Assembly: GCA_028818565.1 (NCBI GenBank)
Contig: JAPPNV010000131.1
Location: forward strand, 1-49,229
Length of the DNA: 49,229 nt
DNA from: Rhodospirillales bacterium
GTDB lineage: Bacteria > Pseudomonadota > Alphaproteobacteria > UBA828
Direction: 5' to 3'
Shown here: positions 46,820 through 49,229 of the stretch, one piece after another
Layout: each line of letters opens with the position of its first letter
Numbering within the stretch: the stretch's first letter is position 1
The notes under the pieces: generated by a model
Database searches by the model: none
What the model was told of the DNA's origin: nothing
Seen by the model: the letters and a program-made list of their open reading frames with translations, nothing else
Made by a program: the position numbers and the translations under genes

Positions 46820-47728
46820 ATGACTCAGGAACTCAGGCACCGCTTTCGGCACCGAAACGTCGCCGCAATCGTAGCGGCAGCAGCCTTGTCAATCGTGCTA
46901 GCCGGATCGCCCACTCTCGCCGGCGTTCTCGATCGTATCGCAGAGGACGGCTTCATGCGGGCTGGCACCAGGGCGAGCGCGGCCCCCTTCGCTCAGAAGA
47001 CCGCGACAGGAGAGTTCGTCGGATTCTCCGTCGACCTTCTCGGAGAGTTCCGCGCGGCCGTCGAGCGTTCACTGGGCCGCGCGGTCACGCTCGAGCTGTA
47101 CGAGGTCACGCCGACCGACAGGCTGCAGCGTGTCGCAGCGGGTGAGCTCGACATCGTGTGCGGCATCACGACGCCGACGTGGGACCGGGAAGAGCTTGTG
47201 GACTTCTCGCTGCCCTTCTTTCGCGACGGCACCCGCGTCATGGTCTATCGCCAGCGCGCAGATCGAGGTATCGATTTCGGCCAGTTCGAAGTCGGGGTTG
47301 TCGAGGGCACCACGACCGTAGGCATCGTCGAAGCGAACCTGCCCACGGCCCAAATGCGCGTCTACCCCAACATGGGCTCGGCCATGCAGGGTCTGGAGGC
47401 GGGCGAGGTGGACGGCGTCTCCAACGTTGGCGTCGTTCTGCTCGGACTAGCGGCGAGCGCCGAACCCAGACGCAGCGTCGTGCTCGTTCCGAGGACGCGG
47501 CCGTTGGCAACGGAAACTCTGGCCTGCGTGCTGCCGCAAGACGACAGCCCGTGGCGGGACCTCGTCAATCGCACGCTGGTCGACATGCTGCACGTGCACG
47601 AGAACAACTTCGAGAGCCGTTACGAGGAGATCTACGACCGATGGTTTGGTCGTAACGGGACGCTTTACTACCCACTAGACCAGAGCACGCGCGATTATCT
47701 GAGCAATCTCTCGATCTGGATGCCCTGA
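46820..47728 (+). CDS. Periplasmic solute-binding protein, family 3 (amino-acid-type SBP)
   Basis: It has a signal peptide (AAIVAAAALSIVLAGSPTLAG) and an SBP_bac_3-like pattern (GFSVDL, ELDIVCGITTPT, FSLPFF). No permease or ATPase gene is adjacent. Confidence 0.75.
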   Translation: MTQELRHRFRHRNVAAIVAAAALSIVLAGSPTLAGVLDRIAEDGFMRAGTRASAAPFAQKTATGEFVGFSVDLLGEFRAAVERSLGRAVTLELYEVTPTDRLQRVAAGELDIVCGITTPTWDREELVDFSLPFFRDGTRVMVYRQRADRGIDFGQFEVGVVEGTTTVGIVEANLPTAQMRVYPNMGSAMQGLEAGEVDGVSNVGVVLLGLAASAEPRRSVVLVPRTRPLATETLACVLPQDDSPWRDLVNRTLVDMLHVHENNFESRYEEIYDRWFGRNGTLYYPLDQSTRDYLSNLSIWMP

Positions 47729-47917
47729 ACACTGGTCGACAGCCTCCCAGGGCATACCCCGTGACCGTCTCCAGGCGTCTCATCATCGCCGAGGAGACGG
47801 TCGCGGCAGGCCAATGGATGGATCAATGAGTGCGACAACGCTTGGACGACGCGATCCATTTCATTTGACGTCGGTCCGGGGCCGTCGCCGCCATCAGCTC
47901 CCTAACTGGACAGTGCC

Positions 47918-48574
47918 ATGCTGACATTCGTCGAAGAGACCTGTCTCCTGCTGCTGGATGAGAAGAGCGGCGAGTTCCTTCCCATCCACCCCAACATCCT
48001 GGAATACGCCCTGGTCGGTGCCGTGCTGGTGGATCTGGCTTTCTCTTATCGGATCGACACCGATCCGAAGGCATTGATCGTCATGGACCGTACGCCGACC
48101 GGCCAGCCCATGCTCGACCATGTCCTGGCCAGGATTGGCGAAACCACGGAATCCACCGACGCCGCCACGTGGGTCAAGATATTGGCCAGAGATGAGGCAG
48201 CGGTTCTTCAGAAGCAAGCACTGGACCGCCTCGCGGAGCGCGGCATTCTGAAGCGGCAAGAAAAGAAATCTCTCCTGGGCTTCCGCAGCAGTCGCTACTT
48301 GACGGTCGACGGCGAGGCGGCGCGCGAAGTCAAGGATCGCATAAGGGTTCTCATCCTATCAGACGAGATTCCCGATCCTCGGGATGTCGCGCTGCTCTCG
48401 CTGGTAGATGCCTGCAACATTCTTACCGACATCTTCCCCGGCGGTGAGCTCAAGAACGCCGGCACGCGCATCAAGCAACTCCGCAACATGGATCTACTCG
48501 GCCGCGACGTAGTCGGCGCCGTTGCGGAGATCGAGCGCGTGATCGTCGCGGCGCGTGCACACGGCGCCTACTGA
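47918..48574 (+). CDS. GPP34 / GOLPH3-family protein
   Basis: The translation follows the pattern I associate with GPP34: an N-terminal LLLLDEKSG...L.YALVGAVLVDL, then ...LA.RGIL.. and ...D..LL.L......L.. Length is 218 aa. This assignment is from memory only. Confidence 0.6.
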   Translation: MLTFVEETCLLLLDEKSGEFLPIHPNILEYALVGAVLVDLAFSYRIDTDPKALIVMDRTPTGQPMLDHVLARIGETTESTDAATWVKILARDEAAVLQKQALDRLAERGILKRQEKKSLLGFRSSRYLTVDGEAAREVKDRIRVLILSDEIPDPRDVALLSLVDACNILTDIFPGGELKNAGTRIKQLRNMDLLGRDVVGAVAEIERVIVAARAHGAY

Positions 48575-48701
48575 AGGTTGGGTAATCGAACAGAACTGCG
48601 GCATGAGAATCGCTCCACGGGCGCCCATCCGAGGCACGTGCGGCGCGTCGTACCGTGGATTCTTCGACGCAAGTCACGAATAGCCAAGAACGAGTTGAGA
48701 A

Positions 48702-49229
48702 ATGACTCAAGAGCAAGACGTTGAAGCACAAGTGCCAGGTTCGATTTCCTACAAGATTCTCGTCGTGGACGATGAACCTGACTTGGAGCGCCTCGTCCTG
48801 CAGCAGATGCGCCGGGAGATTCGTCGCCGAGAGTATGAGTTCGTCTTTGCTCACAATGGCGTCGAGGCTCTTGAACGGCTCAGCCAGGATCCGGGCATCG
48901 ATTTGGTGGTCTCGGACATCAACATGCCCAAGATGGACGGTCTTGCGCTCCTTGAAAAGATTCCGGACGTCAATGCGGACGTGCGTTCCGTGATCGTGTC
49001 AGCTTACGGCGACATGAAGAACATTCGCACTGCGATGAACCGGGGTGCTTTCGATTTCGTGACCAAACCCATCGACTTCGGAGATTTTCGGGTCACAATC
49101 GAACGGACATTGCGCAACCTGATTGCGTGGAGAGAAGCGACGGAATCGCGGGAAAGGCTTCTGGCAATACAGAGCGAACTCGATGTCGCCAGCAAAATGC
49201 AACAGTCGATCCTTCCCACCGTTTTTCCC
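48702..49229 (+). CDS. Response regulator (REC) fused to the start of a PP2C/SpoIIE-type phosphatase domain; 3' end outside the window
   Basis: This is my own translation of a frame absent from the ORF track. It has ILVVDDEPD, VVSDINMPKMDG (phospho-Asp), VSAYGD and FVTKPIDF, then a linker ending in ELDVASKMQQSILP, which is typical of the entry into RsbU/SpoIIE phosphatase domains. An in-frame TAG lies 21 nt upstream of ATG 48702. Confidence 0.75.
   Translation, partial: MTQEQDVEAQVPGSISYKILVVDDEPDLERLVLQQMRREIRRREYEFVFAHNGVEALERLSQDPGIDLVVSDINMPKMDGLALLEKIPDVNADVRSVIVSAYGDMKNIRTAMNRGAFDFVTKPIDFGDFRVTIERTLRNLIAWREATESRERLLAIQSELDVASKMQQSILPTVFP

Larger units (their letters stand above)
44620..49229. 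mobile_element. Putative genomic island (left end) integrated next to tRNA-Lys; extends beyond the window
   Basis: G+C drops visibly and third-codon GC bias weakens right after the tRNA. About 630 bp of apparently non-coding sequence is followed by regulatory and signalling genes unrelated to the flanking core. No integrase or att repeat is seen within the window. Confidence 0.4.

Noticed and set aside
48999-49219. Minus-strand ORFs 48999..49202 and 49004..49219 at the window end.
   Set aside because: They are antisense to the clearly recognisable response-regulator receiver domain read on the plus strand from 48702.

Overview
This is a visibly high-GC chromosomal segment whose gene content looks alphaproteobacterial. 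Much of it is core housekeeping: mnmA, rnd, two peroxiredoxins, a dimethylglycine/sarcosine-dehydrogenase-like enzyme, an acyl-CoA ligase, acnA, ccmABC, accA, aroK-aroB, xerD, hisZ-purA and tRNA-Lys(UUU). An accessory metabolic stretch runs from about 24.9 to 41.3 kb, and a lower-GC segment follows the tRNA-Lys gene. Six things deserve a second look. (1) An orphan MotA/ExbB-like plus MotB/OmpA-like gene pair (22.2-24.8 kb) carries long coiled-coil regions on both subunits and has no flagellar, Ton, Tol or Zorya partners in the window. (2) A three-gene operon converging on that pair encodes a nucleoside 2-deoxyribosyltransferase-like protein, an Asp/Glu-racemase-superfamily protein and a PhyH-type dioxygenase. 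(3) A glutamate-synthase-like three-subunit operon (GATase II, GXGXG, FMN) is headed by two small uncharacterised ORFs and flanked by two amidases and an asparaginase. (4) Two arrays of TCCC(A/G)C repeats with roughly 10-bp phasing, rich in GANTC sites, lie 41 kb apart, and each is preceded by the same 25-nt box. (5) The putative tRNA-Lys-flanked island encodes a LuxR-type regulator, an orphan solute-binding protein, a GPP34/GOLPH3-family protein and a response-regulator phosphatase. (6) An unannotated 42-codon TTG-initiated membrane ORF appears to be translationally chained through a large secreted protein into xerD. All family assignments come from reading the translations by eye. No database search was run.
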